32,000 bases of DNA from contig NZ_CP042911.1 in the NCBI RefSeq assembly GCF_008065095.1, forward strand, positions 3,960,001 to 3,992,000, given 5' to 3'. The stretch comes from Gemmata obscuriglobus (GTDB taxonomy: Bacteria; Planctomycetota; Planctomycetia; Gemmatales; Gemmataceae). The notes under the pieces are model-generated. The model was not told the DNA's origin. It saw only the letters and a program-made list of their open reading frames with translations, and did no database searches. Shown in pieces: positions 31,714 to 32,000 of this stretch. Made by a program: the position numbers and the translations under genes. Positions within the stretch are counted from its first letter, which is position 1; every line of letters starts with the position of its first letter.

Positions 31714-32000
31714 GTGCGGGTCGAGCCCCACATCCTCACGAGATGCCCCGTGGCCAAGACGTGTCCCAGTTGCGGGTACAGCCCCATCGGATCGTTTACC
31801 GACAACTGCCCGCTCTGCGCGGAGCCGGTCGGCTCGGCTTGTGGCCGGCGGCGCTCGTGCGGCCCCGACGAAACCGGCGCGCTGTCGCCCACGGCCCGCC
31901 GGGCCATCGGCGGCGGTTTCCTGGTGATGTTCGTACTTGCCGGGTGCTACGGACTGGGAATATGGGGCGGCAACCGCACTGACCGGGACGTCGAACGGCA
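31714..32000 (+). CDS. Partial CDS (runs off the window): zinc-ribbon (CPxC...CPLC) protein followed by a TM helix
   Basis: Not in the ORF track because there is no stop inside the window. My hand translation of the frame containing 31744 gives ...RCPVAKTCPSCGYSPIGSFTDNCPLCAEPVGSACGRRRSCGPDETGALSPTARRAIGGGFLVMFVLAGCYGLGIWGGNRTDRDVER. Third positions are G/C-rich. The frame opens after TGA 31642-31644. GTG 31714 is chosen as start; TTG 31648, GTG 31669 and TTG 31672 are alternatives. Confidence 0.5.
   Translation, partial: MRVEPHILTRCPVAKTCPSCGYSPIGSFTDNCPLCAEPVGSACGRRRSCGPDETGALSPTARRAIGGGFLVMFVLAGCYGLGIWGGNRTDRDVER

Overview
Very GC-rich bacterial chromosomal window. Codon position 3 strongly prefers G/C, so every real gene casts long stop-free shadow ORFs in other frames. 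I can support about 21 protein-coding genes. I found no rRNA, tRNA, CRISPR array, transposase or integrase. Left to right: stand-alone response regulator; small hypothetical; ribosomal protein S21; RRM-type RNA-binding protein; small hypothetical; beta-CASP/MBL ribonuclease; SDR oxidoreductase; RND efflux pump (permease plus lipoprotein adaptor, no outer-membrane factor gene); a 1177-aa Hanks Ser/Thr kinase fused to a tubulin/FtsZ-like module; FtsH; an unusually extended Tex; a PIG-L/LmbE deacetylase; a 771-aa orphan membrane-anchored protein; an 812-aa ABC-2-like permease and its ABC ATPase; a lipoprotein; an MCE/MlaD protein with an upstream lipoprotein; and a partial zinc-ribbon membrane protein that is absent from the ORF track. 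The gene style (Hanks kinase, Pro/Ala-rich tails on many proteins, wide intergenic spacers, loose operon packing) suggests Planctomycetota, Gemmataceae-like, but that is inference only. Three things deserve a second look. (1) The kinase/tubulin-like fusion protein. (2) A set of intergenic palindromic elements placed almost exactly against stop codons: a 138-bp near-perfect palindrome, a 282-bp four-unit compound palindrome and two smaller hairpins. Three of these are built from tandem CARGTYY heptamers. (3) The co-directional ABC ATPase / giant permease / orphan 771-aa protein / deacetylase cluster, a candidate uncharacterised envelope system. All functional calls rest on motif recognition by eye. 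No database search or folding computation was possible, and start codons are provisional.
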